Assembly: GCF_006345805.1 (NCBI RefSeq)
Contig: NC_043001.1
Coordinates: 21,452,001-21,516,000 of the forward strand
Length of the DNA: 64,000 nucleotides
Direction: 5' to 3'
DNA from: Octopus sinensis
Lineage: Eukaryota
Shown here: positions 1 to 11,899 of the stretch, piece after piece
Numbering within the stretch: position 1 is the first letter of the stretch
Layout of the letters: each line of letters starts with the position of its first letter
Notes under the pieces: model-generated
What the model saw: only the letters and a program-made list of their open reading frames with translations
Database searches by the model: none
What the model was told of the DNA's origin: nothing
Made by a program: the position numbers and the translations under genes

Positions 1-1455
1 TCGAATAGGCAGAATCGTTAAGAGATTCAACTAGAATGGCATGCGCCCTTTTTTCCAATTAGATAATTAAACTCAGCAGTTTAAAGACAATACTACTACA
101 GAAGTCTCTGTTTCCTTACTATTTTGATCTTTCACCATGCCGTGACGGCGTTTTAATTTCTCCAAATTTCTTTCTTCGTTCTTATCTCTCCATCTCTATC
201 CTATCTCTTAGAAAAAGGGTATATACCCGAAACCTATCGCTCCACCCAACCATTTCTGAGCATCAAACTAATACTAACTATGTTTATTTTTTTTTACCTC
301 GTTTTTGCGTTATATTTTTCCCCATCTTTGCCCCCACCATCACCACCACACACACGCTTTTACTCTTTTACTTGCTTCAGTCATTTGACTGCGGCCATGC
401 TGGAGCACTGCCTTTAGTCGAGCAAATCGACCCCAGGACTTATTCTTTGTAAGCCTAGTACTTATTCTATCAGTATCTTTTGCCGAACCGCTGAGTTACG
501 GGGACTTAAACACACCAGCATCGGTTGTCACGCAATGTTGGGGGACAAACACAGACACACAAACACACATATATATATATATATCTTATTATAAAAGGCA
601 GATTTTATCTGCCTCCCTTTGGGAGTTATAGAAATCTACAATATAGGATTTCTTCAATTACAATTTACCTAGCATTTTTAAGAGTAGAATGCATCGCGTC
701 ATGCCAGGTCCAGTTTTTAAAATTTAAACTCCAATTAAGCAAAATTTACAGAAAACTCACATTCTGGTGTGTGTGTCAAATGCTTTTCTTAGTCTGGTTT
801 ACAGCACACGCAAACGCACACACACAGTGTGCAACGAATAAAATGAAAGTAAATAGCGAAGAGTGATTTGAGGAAGACTAAACTGAAAGTATTTAAACCA
901 CTACTCAAAAAAAAAAAACACAGCAAACAGAACAAATAAATACATAACATTTACTCCTCACACCAATTTCTTCAATTAGAGTTTACCTAAGATTTTTCAG
1001 AGTACTTCAGTGGGTGATGCCATAAAAAATTTCTTTCAATTTACCACCAATTAAGACAAAATTCGAGAACACTCAATATTTTAACATATCACTCCGAAAG
1101 CATTGATGTACATGTGTGCGTGCGTGAGTGTGTGTGTGTCATTCCTCACACACACGCATACACATACATAACAACTACATACAACTACATACACATACAA
1201 CTACATACAAACACGTGTGTGTTTGTTATTAGTAAAAAAGGCGCCAAATCACAACTCACTTATCATTCCAACACTTTTGCAAAGACACACGACGGACAGA
1301 AAGGTAAATTGGTTTTTATTTACTCTGATATTTTATTATATAATATTAATATAGATATATGTATATATAATTGCAGTATGAAACAGTGTTTATGTATAAA
1401 CAGACGACACTTATATATAGTTATTATAATAAGAGATTAATAAATATGCATCCGT

Positions 1456-1780
1456 TTAACCCTTTCGTTACCAAGCCGCCCGAATTTACCTATTCATATT
1501 TAATGAGAATATCAGAGCAAATCTCTTTAGTACATTCGTGAAAACACGTATTATACTTCGTAAACACTTCAACTACAGTTTTGTACAAAAATCGAAGTGT
1601 AATTTTAATTCCGTGAATTATGGGAGATTTTTTTCCGAAATTTGTTCCTATTGTGTTTTCAAAATTTGTAATTCTGACAAAAAATGGATACGAATTTCAT
1701 TATAACAAGCAGCGAGTCAGAATTCGAAGGATTTTCTACTGAAGACCTTCATAAATCTAACTCTATGACTGAAAAAAAAG
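1456..1780 (+). mobile_element. piggyBac-like 5' terminal fragment
   Basis: TTAA followed by a CCCTTT terminus; downstream SEFEGFSTEDL-like acidic peptide. Confidence 0.5.
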
Positions 1781-1782
1781 CA

Positions 1783-2177
1783 TCTTTATATAAGAGAAGT
1801 TGTGTGGTGTCTGTCTCCTACGATTTAGATTCCTAACTACTCCCACATTTTGCGGTGCAGTTTAACCAAAAGCGGGTATCTTATAGTCGTGATTCATATC
1901 GAGCCCTTCTGGGTATTAGCGTGCGTCTACGATGAGTCTACGCTTTAAAAAAAATTTACCCTCATATTTTTCCATTTTAATGCATTTTTTTCGCTTTTAT
2001 ATAAGGGAAGTAACTCTCTAAAAATATCTACGATGTGTCAACGATTTAAAGAAAAATTTACCTTAATTTTTTTTCAATTTTTAATGCATTTTTTGCTATT
2101 TTTTGGCTATAACTCTCTAAAAATGCTTATATAGTTATTTCCCTTACAACCCGAGCAACGCCGGGCGATACTGCTAG
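1783..2177 (+). mobile_element. Non-autonomous Helitron-like element
   Basis: A|TC start, subterminal hairpin CCCGA-GCAACG-CCGGG (2150-2165) and CTAG|T end. Confidence 0.7.
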
Positions 2178-2483
2178 TATATATATACGACGGGCTTCTT
2201 TCAGTTTCCATCTACCAAATCCACTCACAAGGCTTTGACACTTGCCCAAGGTGCCACGCAGTGGGACTGAACCCGGAACCATGTGGTTGGTAAGCAAGCT
2301 ACTTATCACACAGCCACTCCTACGCTTATATACTGTATAACTGTATATAGGCATCGGAGAGAAACGAGTGTTTATTCATGTTACTGTTTGTTTTAGTGAA
2401 ATAGGAAACAGATCCCAGCACACTGACGATTGTTCGTGCTCTCCACTGACATAGGCATCTTGGAAGCCGTTGCAATGTCACAA

Positions 2484-2532
2484 TTAACCCAGTAGACAAG
2501 GATGATACTGTTTCTGTTTGGCGTATTGTCCT
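2484..2532 (-). CDS. Candidate terminal coding exon A (GQYAKQKQYHPCLLG*)
   Basis: Acceptor TTTTTGCTATTGACAG; phase matches the 3096-3203 exon; AATAAA at 2371-2376 (-). Confidence 0.45.
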
Positions 2533-2616
2533 CTGTCAATAGCAAAAATGCTATATAACTGTATAAATAATTATGGTATTTGGTGTATTTAAGAAGCATA
2601 AGCAATTTATTGCACA

Positions 2617-2910
2617 CTAGCACTATGACCCGGCGTTGCCGGGTCATAGTGCTAGTTGGCATTCAATTAGCGTATCAAGTTTCAGGCATTTTGATTGGGT
2701 TTTGGATAGAAAATTCATGAAAAAGTCACTTCTATTGATTTTTTAATGGCTTTGCGGGGTGACTGGGGAAATGTAAAGATATGCACGACCACCCTTGGAC
2801 GGTTTTGAATGACCATAGAAAGTGCGAGCCCTCTAACTGAAAAATTGTGGATTTGTATAAAGGATAAACACACACACAGACAGACATTTTGCCGTTTATA
2901 CATATAGAGA
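2617..2910 (-). mobile_element. Non-autonomous Helitron-like element
   Basis: On the minus strand: A|TCTCTATATGTATAAAC start, perfect 18-bp-arm hairpin (2617-2655) ending in CTAG|T. Confidence 0.7.
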
Positions 2911-2943
2911 TAAATCTTAACATAGCAAAAAAATCTTATATAG

Positions 2944-3037
2944 AGCCCCAAAGGTCATATAGACCCCTAGGGTCATATGGACCCCCTAAGGGTCATATGG
3001 ACTCTTAAGGCTCATGGATCGTGGTTGAGAACCGCTG
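2944..3037. mobile_element. hAT-like MITE end with ~19-bp subterminal tandem repeats
   Basis: GGGTCATATGGACCCC-like units, then GGTTGAGAACCGCTG (reverse complement of a CAGCGGTTCTCAACC TIR). Confidence 0.45.
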
Positions 3038-3095
3038 AGTTAAATAATAACATTAAACCAGCCAGAGAAATTTTTGCTGCAATCAATATACTCAC

Positions 3096-3203
3096 TTCAT
3101 TAGAACCCGGATAATATTGGGAAGATAATAAGGTGGAATGTTACTATTCTCTTCTTCTAATGGCACCAGGTTTCCCGCTTCAGAGTTCTGATTGTAAGCA
3201 AAC
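3096..3203 (-). CDS. Candidate internal exon of an unidentified host gene (FAYNQNSEAGNLVPLEEENSNIPPYYLPNIIRVLM)
   Basis: Acceptor TTGTTATATTTCAG, donor GTGAGT, 108 nt, phase 2-2, only one open frame, non-repetitive sequence. Confidence 0.6.
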
Positions 3204-3491
3204 CTGAAATATAACAAACATAGCTGTAAAACAGTAGAATTAGAGGAATGTAGCAATGACCTGTGTCGGCAAATAGTAATGCAAAATAGTTCAAATAGTG
3301 AAATAAATTTTGTGTCTTAGGATGAAGAGAAGTTTAACGTTTCGGATACAAGTCATCGTCATCGGAGAGAAATGGGTGTTTACTAATATTACTGTTTGTT
3401 TTAGTGAAATAGGAAACAGATCCCAGCACACTGACGAACGTTCGTGATCTCCACTGACATAGGCATATTGGAAGCCGTTGCAATGTCACAA

Positions 3492-3540
3492 TTAACCCAG
3501 CAGACAGGGATGATAATGTTTCTGTTTGGCGTATTGTCCT
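3492..3540 (-). CDS. Candidate duplicated terminal exon B (GQYAKQKHYHPCLLG*)
   Basis: Paralog of 2354-2545 with the same acceptor; 2 of 3 coding differences are synonymous in this frame. Confidence 0.4.
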
Positions 3541-3601
3541 CTGTCAATAGAAAATCATCCAACAGCATAGAAATACAGATTTCTATCGCAAGCTACCCAT
3601 A

Positions 3602-4010
3602 GGCGCAGGGATGGCTGTGTGGTAAGTAGCTTGCTAACCAACCACATGGTTCCGGGTTCAGTCCAACTGCGTGGCATCTTGGGCAAGTGTCTTCTGCTAT
3701 AGCTCTGGGCCGACCAATGCCTTGTGAGTGAATTTGGTAGACGGAAACTGAAAGAAGCCCATCGTATATATGCATATATATATGTGTGTGTGTGTGTGTT
3801 TGTGTGTCTGTGTTTGTCCCCCTAGCATTGCTTGACAACCGATGCTGGTGTGTTTACGTCCCCGTCACTTAGCGGTTCGGCAAAAGAGACCGATAGAATA
3901 AGTACTGGGCTTACAAAGAATAAGTCCCGGGGTCGATTTGCTCGACTAAAGGCGGTGCTCCAGCATGGCCGCAGTCAAATGACTGAAACAAGTAAAAGAG
4001 TAAAAAGAGA
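3602..4010 (+). mobile_element. Composite tRNA/CORE-type SINE (family A). Other copies: ~7073-7570, 9970-10395, 20866-21262, 29558-29960, 48544-48952, 52046-52463 (+); 32435-32858 (-); partial copies 357-580, 2190-2325, 19960-20290, 20575-20815, 25720-25830
   Basis: Head GGCGCAGGAGTGGCTGTGTGGTAAG with a B box, CORE-like CCTTGGGCAAGTG, internal (TA)n(TG)n, a conserved second module and a (GAGTAAAA)n tail. Confidence 0.88.
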
Positions 4011-4365
4011 GAGTATAGATCATGTACTTCAGATAAAAAAGAAATGCTATCATGACACAAACCTTGTGAATGAAATGGGAATGGCTGTGCGGAAGCTCCA
4101 CTGAACTCCTCTCCTGTTACACAGTTAATTATTAAATAGTGAAAGATTGTGCTAATAGAGAAGAATCTATAGCAACGAGAGATTCTTCAAAGCATTTGAA
4201 TCTTCTATTTTTGTGCAAGCTCGGGGTCATCAGAGAATGAAATTATCAAGGGTGGAAAACGTTGAGATTGTAAGATATTGGATGTACTGTAATATGCCAC
4301 TGTTCCGAGTCCAAACTATGCCGAAAATGCTTTTTCTTCCATTTTTGATGTAACATACAGTAAAA

Positions 4366-4870
4366 TTCTGTTGTGTCTGAGGAGAGTCATTTTCTTTTTG
4401 TGCCTTATAATATAACACACTCACCGGTAAAATTTCCACTTATTTCTTATTTTTATTTTCCTAAAATTTTCGTTGCGTCTTGCAACTTTTTCAATAGTTT
4501 TCAATAGAGAGTCAAAACTATTGAAAAGGTTGCAAGACGCAACGAAAATTTTAGGAAAATAAAAAAGAAATAAGTGGAAATTTTACCGGTGAGTGTGTTA
4601 TATTATAAGGCACAAAAAGAAAATGACTCTCCCCAGACACAACAGAATATGCTTCAACACACGATCTCATATAAAGAATCTTGCAAACCAAATCCAAAAT
4701 CGAAATAGAGTAAAATATTGACATTCCTTTCTGTAAAAATGTAAGAAGTAATACTACAACTAAATTCTCTAATACTTACCGCTCTTTTGCCGATGATTTT
4801 CTTATAAAGCCACCTAACCCAGAAGGAACCGCTATCAGTAGAATATTCAAGATGAGGATGAGCGAAGACA
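4366..4870. mobile_element. Long palindrome (4366-4650) plus an adjacent degraded Penelope-like fragment
   Basis: ~135-bp near-perfect arms with a ~12-nt loop. The downstream NRNRVK..PFCKNVRSN resembles the Penelope-like WFNPPF.KNVKTN region (weak match). Confidence 0.5.
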
Positions 4871-5029
4871 TTTTCAAACGCTGTAAAATAGTTTAAAAGA
4901 AAGACAAATTACAAGACAACATCCTTTTGTTTAATTAAAAGAACGAAAGTAGAGATGTTTATTATTCCTATATTTTTTGTCATACATTTCGAAGTTTTCA
5001 TACCAAAAATTTACAGCTCCAAAAATTGC

Positions 5030-5067
<38 letters not shown>

Positions 5068-5071
<4 letters not shown>

Positions 5072-5330
5072 GAAGAAATTCCTATCATAGTAGGTGCATT
5101 AGGCATGATAAAAAAATATTCAGACAAATACATAACAAAAACACCAGGACTTACAAACACATATAACATACAGAAAATTGCACTACTAGGCACTGCACAC
5201 ATCCTACGCAGAACACTTTCCATACAATAACCATCAGAGCATCAGAGCAAACCACAGCACATACCCAAGGCACACAGAGCTGCGCTCGGTAGTGAAGTGA
5301 AAGCACGCTATAAAAATAAAACTACTGAAT
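5068..5330 (+). mobile_element. Short R4/Dong-like 3' end in (AAT)n
   Basis: PIIVGALGMIKK..IQKIALLGTAHILRRTL plus 3' UTR; AAT repeats on both sides. Confidence 0.82.
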
Positions 5331-5922
5331 AATAATAATAATAATACAGGAGCTTCCTAAAATACAGAGTCGCAATAAATATTAGACCTTATAATCTCGA
5401 CTGATCTTTTGTAACCCTTCTGCATATTATTTTGTCGAAGTTGCATCTCATAGAATAAGTTTCTGCTTCAGGACCTTCGAATAGGCTTTAGAGGACCAAA
5501 AATTCCACGTGAAACGTAGCAGGATTTGGTAAGACAGTAACGATGTTCGAATATTTACACTACTTGTTTATACAGTTTGAATATTTATACCTCATTTTTT
5601 TCACTCTAACTATGTCGACTTGGATGGCGGAAAATACGGTGACATGTTTATATTGTTTATCAATGGTATAGATCATCTTTTGACTAAGCATAAGGCGTAT
5701 TTTTATAAGGGTGTAAAGAGTCAATTATTCCATGAGAACTAAATCATTTAGCTTTTGATATATAAATAAATGTGGACAGTACGGTAACAGTAAGAAAAGA
5801 ATGGAAAGTTGGATGAGAAAGAACTCAGTTGTATTGGATATGATTGTCCATTAAGGAACTATGGAAAGGTTCAAGTTCTTTTCACACAGTGATATGTTAG
5901 CGGACTGGTCATCAAGAGAGGG

Positions 5923-5953
<31 letters not shown>

Positions 5954-6169
5954 AGAGAATGGGGGAGAGATAATGGGGAAGAGAGAGACAGAGTGAGAGA
6001 GACAGAGGTGGAGACAGAGAGAGAGTGTATGTTTGTGGGAAATGTGAGTGTCTTCCTTGGTGTAGTTTTTTAATTGGTGACAGCTCAGATCGTCTGTGTT
6101 GCGGAATTTCATGTCGGCGAGTCTGTCAAGTCCAGCAACTTCCGAATACACGCCAGAATATATACATAA

Positions 6170-6332
6170 ATGCATGCATACATATATACATGTATACATT
6201 CATGCAAACATACATGCATGCATGCATACATACATACATACATACATACATAATACATACATACATACATACATACATACATACATACATACATACATAC
6301 ATACATACATACATACGTGCGTACATACGAAC

Positions 6333-6409
<77 letters not shown>

Positions 6410-6523
6410 CAGACAGATGGATAGCTGGATAGCTGGATAGGTGGATGGATAGATAGACAGACAGATGGATTGATGGATAGATGGATGGATGGCTGATGGA
6501 TGGACATACAGACTTGATAGATG

Positions 6524-6597
<74 letters not shown>

Positions 6598-6620
6598 CAG
6601 AGAGAGAGATAGATAGAGAG

Positions 6621-6701
<81 letters not shown>

Positions 6702-6907
6702 TGAGCTAATGTCAAATAAAAATCGTAAAAACCAAAGAAGGTAGATTTTAATAATCTATATATATAAAACTGAGAATGTGTGTCTGTCTGTCTGTTTATG
6801 TGTCTGTATGTGTCCATCACGAAAACTCAAGAACTACCCAACCGATTTCATTCAAATTTTACACATGCCTTACTTAGTATGTATGTATATGTATGTATAC
6901 ATATATA

Positions 6908-6984
<77 letters not shown>

Positions 6985-7036
6985 CTATGTATATATATTT
7001 ATGTATATATATATTTATAAATATATTATGTATATA

Positions 7037-7070
<34 letters not shown>
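6170..7070. repeat. Compound microsatellite block (TACA)n-(GATA)n-(TA)n
   Basis: Seen directly in sequence. Confidence 0.97.
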
Positions 7071-7072
<2 letters not shown>

Positions 7073-7236
7073 GGCGGGCCGGCGTGGTGTGTGCTAAGAG
7101 CTTCCTTCATAAGCATGTGGTTCCGGGTTCAGTCCCACTGCATGGCACCTTTGGCAAGTGTCTTCTACTATAGCATTCGGCCGACCAAAGCCATGTCAGT
7201 GTATTTCGTTGACGGAAACTGAAAGAAGTCTGTCAA

Positions 7237-7278
<42 letters not shown>

Positions 7279-7395
7279 TTGTTTGTTTGTTTCCCCACTA
7301 TCGCTTAGAAACTGATGTTGGTGCGTTTACGACTTCCTAACCTAGCGGTTCGGCAGAAAATATCGATATATAATATACACATATATATAATACAC

Positions 7396-7434
<39 letters not shown>

Positions 7435-7582
7435 CGCACTTATGCGCGCGTTTTACTATTTTATCGAAAAAACGGCAGAAAATATCCAGGGGTCGATTTC
7501 TTCAACTAAAATGTGGTGCTCTAGCATGGCCACACTCAAATGACTGAAACAAGTAACAGAGTAAAAGAGTAAAATATATATG

Positions 7583-7616
<34 letters not shown>

Positions 7617-7639
7617 GTTGTTGTTGTTGTTGTTATTAT

Positions 7640-8620
7640 TATTTGCAAAATAATCAACATATTATCATGAAAGAAAGAGAAAAGATTCATAAATATGGAG
7701 ACCTGACCTCTCAATGGCAAATACCCAAAGAGAGTGAATAATGCAAATGTTGACAAAGCCCTGACCCATCAATGGCTAATGGCCTCTGGCTTAAAATCTG
7801 AAACAAGGGTTTATCATAGCAGCTCAAGATCAATGCCTACCTACAAGGAACTACCAGGCCAACATATTAAAGAACGGCAGTAGCCCAACATGTCGTGTAT
7901 GTCAACAACAAAATGAAACCATTGATCATGTTGTCTCCAAGTGTAGTCTTCTTGCGCCTACAGAGTATCTCAACAGGCATGATAGAGCTGCACAATATAT
8001 TCACTGGGTAATTTGCAAAAGCCTGGATTTGCCCTATGATAAAAAAACTGGTGGGAACACAAACCACCTCCAGTGCTTGAAAATGACCACATCTCACTCC
8101 TCCGGAACTTCACTATTCAAACTGACAGAAAGATAGACGCGAATAGGCCAGACATCATAGTAAAAGACTTCAGACAAAAAACATGCCTCCTCGTTGATAT
8201 GACTGTCCCAATCGATATAAATGTATCTGTCAAGACCTACCAGACACTGAGCAAATATAAAGATCTTGAAACAGAAATCAGCAAAATATGGAACCTGAAG
8301 ACTAAAACAATACCTGTTGTCATAGCAATACCTGGGAATGATAGCAAAAGGGGCTGATTGCTACCTAACTCAGATACCAGGAAACCCCAAAATGGCAGAA
8401 ATTCAAAAGATAGTGCTCATAGGAACTGCTCATATCCTACGCAAAATACGTTCTATGTAATCTCAAGTTTTAAAACAAACATAATTTTCGTATGGTTTTT
8501 TAGGCATTCACTAGTACAACACTAAGTACAAACCCAAATATATGACACCCTAGGCATAACACCAACATGAACTTCCAACTTGTTGTCTCTTGAGGTCTCT
8601 GGGAACTAAACCCCCATACT
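7640..8620 (+). mobile_element. R4/Dong-like 3' fragment (CCHC + REL)
   Basis: CRVCQQQNETIDHVVSKC and ANRPDIIVKD..DMTVP..SKYKDLE..IPVVIA. Confidence 0.85.
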
Positions 8621-9125
8621 CTATATATATATATAAAATTATATATATATATATATCACGTGACCGATCAGGCCATCAGATGTTGCTACACATCGCTGGT
8701 CACAATGAGCTTCGCATTGTTTTAGCCTTCAATGACGTCACCCCGCTGGCTAAGCGAGCAGGCCAACAGAAGAAAGAGTGAGAGAAAGTTGTGGTGAAAG
8801 AGTACAGCAGGGATCACCACCACGCCCTGCCGGAGCGTCGTGGAGCTTTAGGTGTTTTCGCTCAATAAACACTCACAACGCCCGGTCTGGGAATCTAATC
8901 ATGGCGACTGACTCGGACAGAAGGGTCACACACGAGAGGAAAGTAGGAGAGGTAACAAAGTAAAGATGACCCCCAACAGGAAGGTGCGTGTGTGTATAAG
9001 AGAGTATGTATATGTGTGTGAAAGAGGGCTGGTGGTCTGGACGTGTGCGTGTATGTATGTGTAGGTGTGAAAATGCGGGGATGGGTGTGTGGGTGTGTGT
9101 TGTGGTGTGATGTTGTTGGGAGGTG

Positions 9126-9178
<53 letters not shown>

Positions 9179-9446
9179 TCTCTCTTGTCATTCTATATCC
9201 ATTCAGTATCTCTTCCAAGCATTATCATCATTCTAGTCTTTTTGGCTGAAAGGCAGTATTTATTCCGTCTTCGACAATCATTTTAAATTACACTTGTTTA
9301 CTTTCCTATGCCCACTCTGTATCGTTTTCTTCCCTAATTTTTCGCAAATTTTGCGGAAACTGCCGATATGCAGAGTTTTCAATATTATCATTAAAGGCAT
9401 GAAGCTAAGTATTAACATTCGGTTGATAACTGGTGAAGAATTAAGG

Positions 9447-9878
9447 GGATCTTTTCGGTTTGAACGGCAGTTTTTTCTAGCGGTGTCATATGAAATTGTC
9501 AGCCATAATTATGACCCTAGTATCGATCTATTGCATTTCAATCTGTTTTAGGGTTAGGGTTAGTTAGGGTTAGGGTTAGGGGTGGGAGGAAGGGTATCTT
9601 TTTTTCTTTAGAAATGTAAATAAACCCAATCCGTTTCTTAAACGAGGGACATCTTCATACGGCACAGAATGTTTTCACCTCAATAGACGTAATTGATTGG
9701 TTGAAATTGCAGAAATTGAAGAAAAAAACAACAAATATGTTATAAACTATAGAATTTTCTCAATAAAGCCAAGAGAAAAAGATGTTTTATAAACACATTC
9801 TACCAGTATACGAAGTTTAAAAGTGTTTAGTTACATGGACATTATAAAAAAAAACTCCCGTTCAAACCGAAAAGATCC
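9447..9878. mobile_element. MITE with ~30-bp TIRs and internal (TTAGGG)n
   Basis: GGATCTTTTCGGTTTGAACGGCAGTTTTTT ... AAAAAACTCCCGTTCAAACCGAAAAGATCC; TTAGGG run at ~9550-9580. Confidence 0.8.
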
Positions 9879-10125
9879 ATTTAAGGTCCTTCTGTGCCTG
9901 TCCAAAGTGTACGTTTTTTTTAGCTATGGTTGTTCATTTAATGCATTTTTCATTTTTTATACACACACAGGCGCAGGAGTGGATTGCTTACCAACCACAT
10001 AGTTTCGGGTTCAGTCCCACTGCGTGGCATCTTGGACAAGTGTCTTCTGCTATAGCCTCGGGCCGACCAATGCCTTGTGAGTGGATTTGGTAGACGGAAA
10101 CTGAAAGAAGCCTGTCGTATATAAG

Positions 10126-10179
<54 letters not shown>

Positions 10180-10460
10180 TGTATGTGTGTGTATATTTTG
10201 TTTGGGTGTCTGTGTTTGTCCCCCCAACATCGCTTGACAACCGATGCTGGTGTGTTTACGTACGTCCCCGTAACTTAGCGGTTCGGCAAAAGAGACCGAT
10301 AGAATAAGTACTGGGCTTACAAAGAATAAGTCCCGGGGTCGATTTGCTCGACTAAGGCGGTGCTCCAGCATGGCTGCAGTCAAATGACTGAAACACAAAA
10401 AAAACAAACACAAATACATACATACACACACACACGCACGCACGCACACACGCACACACA

Positions 10461-10491
<31 letters not shown>

Positions 10492-11214
10492 CACTATAGT
10501 ATAGTATTGATATAATATCTTACTATTGACAACACATTGAAAAGTCGTAATTTAACGCCTACAATTTGAAATCGGTTAACTGCATACTCTAGTAAATTGT
10601 ATAAGTACTTCAATCACCAAGACTATGAAATTAAGCGGAATCGAATACGTTTTCGGATTCTTCCCACCCACGTGAGCAAGCGAGAAACTGTAACTACAAC
10701 TTCCTCTGAATAATAAACAGCAGCATTCATAAAGTAGGTGTGCCATACGAATAGTATCATTGGTTTGTAATCGAAGAAGAAAAGAGAAGCAAGCTTTGAA
10801 CATCAAACCGGTAGATTCCTATGAATAGACCATAATCAAATTATTTGAGTTTCAAACGGCAGCCGACAACTTCTTTCGTCGAATTACAACACGATTATTT
10901 ATACATTTTTCTATAGTAATTATAGTTATTATTGTCATATAGACTACAGAGACAAAAGTATGAACAAAATAGTACAAGAGCCTTTGTAATAACAATAATC
11001 TTTCAACCAACTTAATTTTAAAAGAGACTAAAATAAGGACGTTTATGGCCGTTTAAAATTCCGTCAGTGTTTCATGGAGAAACTCAATAGAAGGATTATG
11101 TGCAGTTTCATCTGCAATGATAGCTTTTGAGGTAATCAGTATATTGTTAGAATTATGCTGGAATTACTTTTTTTTTTGCATTTGATCTACTCTAATTCAT
11201 TCCTTTCTCAAGGC

Positions 11215-11288
11215 GATACATAAATCATCATCATCGTCGTCGTCGTCGTCATCACCATCATCACTATTTATTATTATTATTATTATTA

Positions 11289-11334
<46 letters not shown>

Positions 11335-11342
11335 CATTATTA

Positions 11343-11376
<34 letters not shown>

Positions 11377-11441
11377 CATCATCATCATCCTCATCATCAT
11401 CATCATCATCATCATCCTCCTCTTCATCATCATCATCATCA

Positions 11442-11496
<55 letters not shown>

Positions 11497-11625
11497 CATC
11501 ATCATCATCATCATCCTCATCATCCTCATCATCATCATCATCATCATCATCATATCATTATTATTATATTATTATTATTATTATTATTATTATAATTATT
11601 ATTATTATTGTTTTATTATTATTAT
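11215..11625. repeat. (ATT/ATC)n compound microsatellite
   Basis: Seen directly in sequence. Confidence 0.97.
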
Positions 11626-11856
11626 CAAGGCAGTGAGCTGGTAGAATCGTTAGCACGCCGGGCGAATGCTTAGCGGTATTTCGCCTGTCGTTACGTTCTG
11701 AGTTCAAATTCCGCCGAGGTCGACTTTGCCTTTCATCCTCTCGGGGTCAATAAATAAAGTACCAGTTTCGCACTGGGTCGATGTAATCGACTTAATCCTT
11801 TGTCTGTCCTTGTTTGTTCCCTCTATGTTTAGCCCCTTGTGGATAGTAAAGAAATA

Positions 11857-11899
<43 letters not shown>

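Noticed and set aside
205-245. GGGT-ATAT-ACCC-GAAA hammerhead-like hairpin
   Set aside because: The CUGANGA core and stem I are absent; at most a decayed remnant.
3865-3890. R-F-G-K-R peptide as the second luqin exon
   Set aside because: It is part of the high-copy SINE consensus and lacks the required Gly.
5472-5528. Plus-strand AG...GTAAGA exon-like segment
   Set aside because: All three frames contain stops.
5861-7222. Many 60-200 aa ORFs (YIYI, IYLS, MYVC, IIII types) here and throughout the window
   Set aside because: They are translations of stop-free microsatellites.
9550-9585. Telomere or chromosome-fusion site
   Set aside because: The tract is short and internal to a TIR element present twice.
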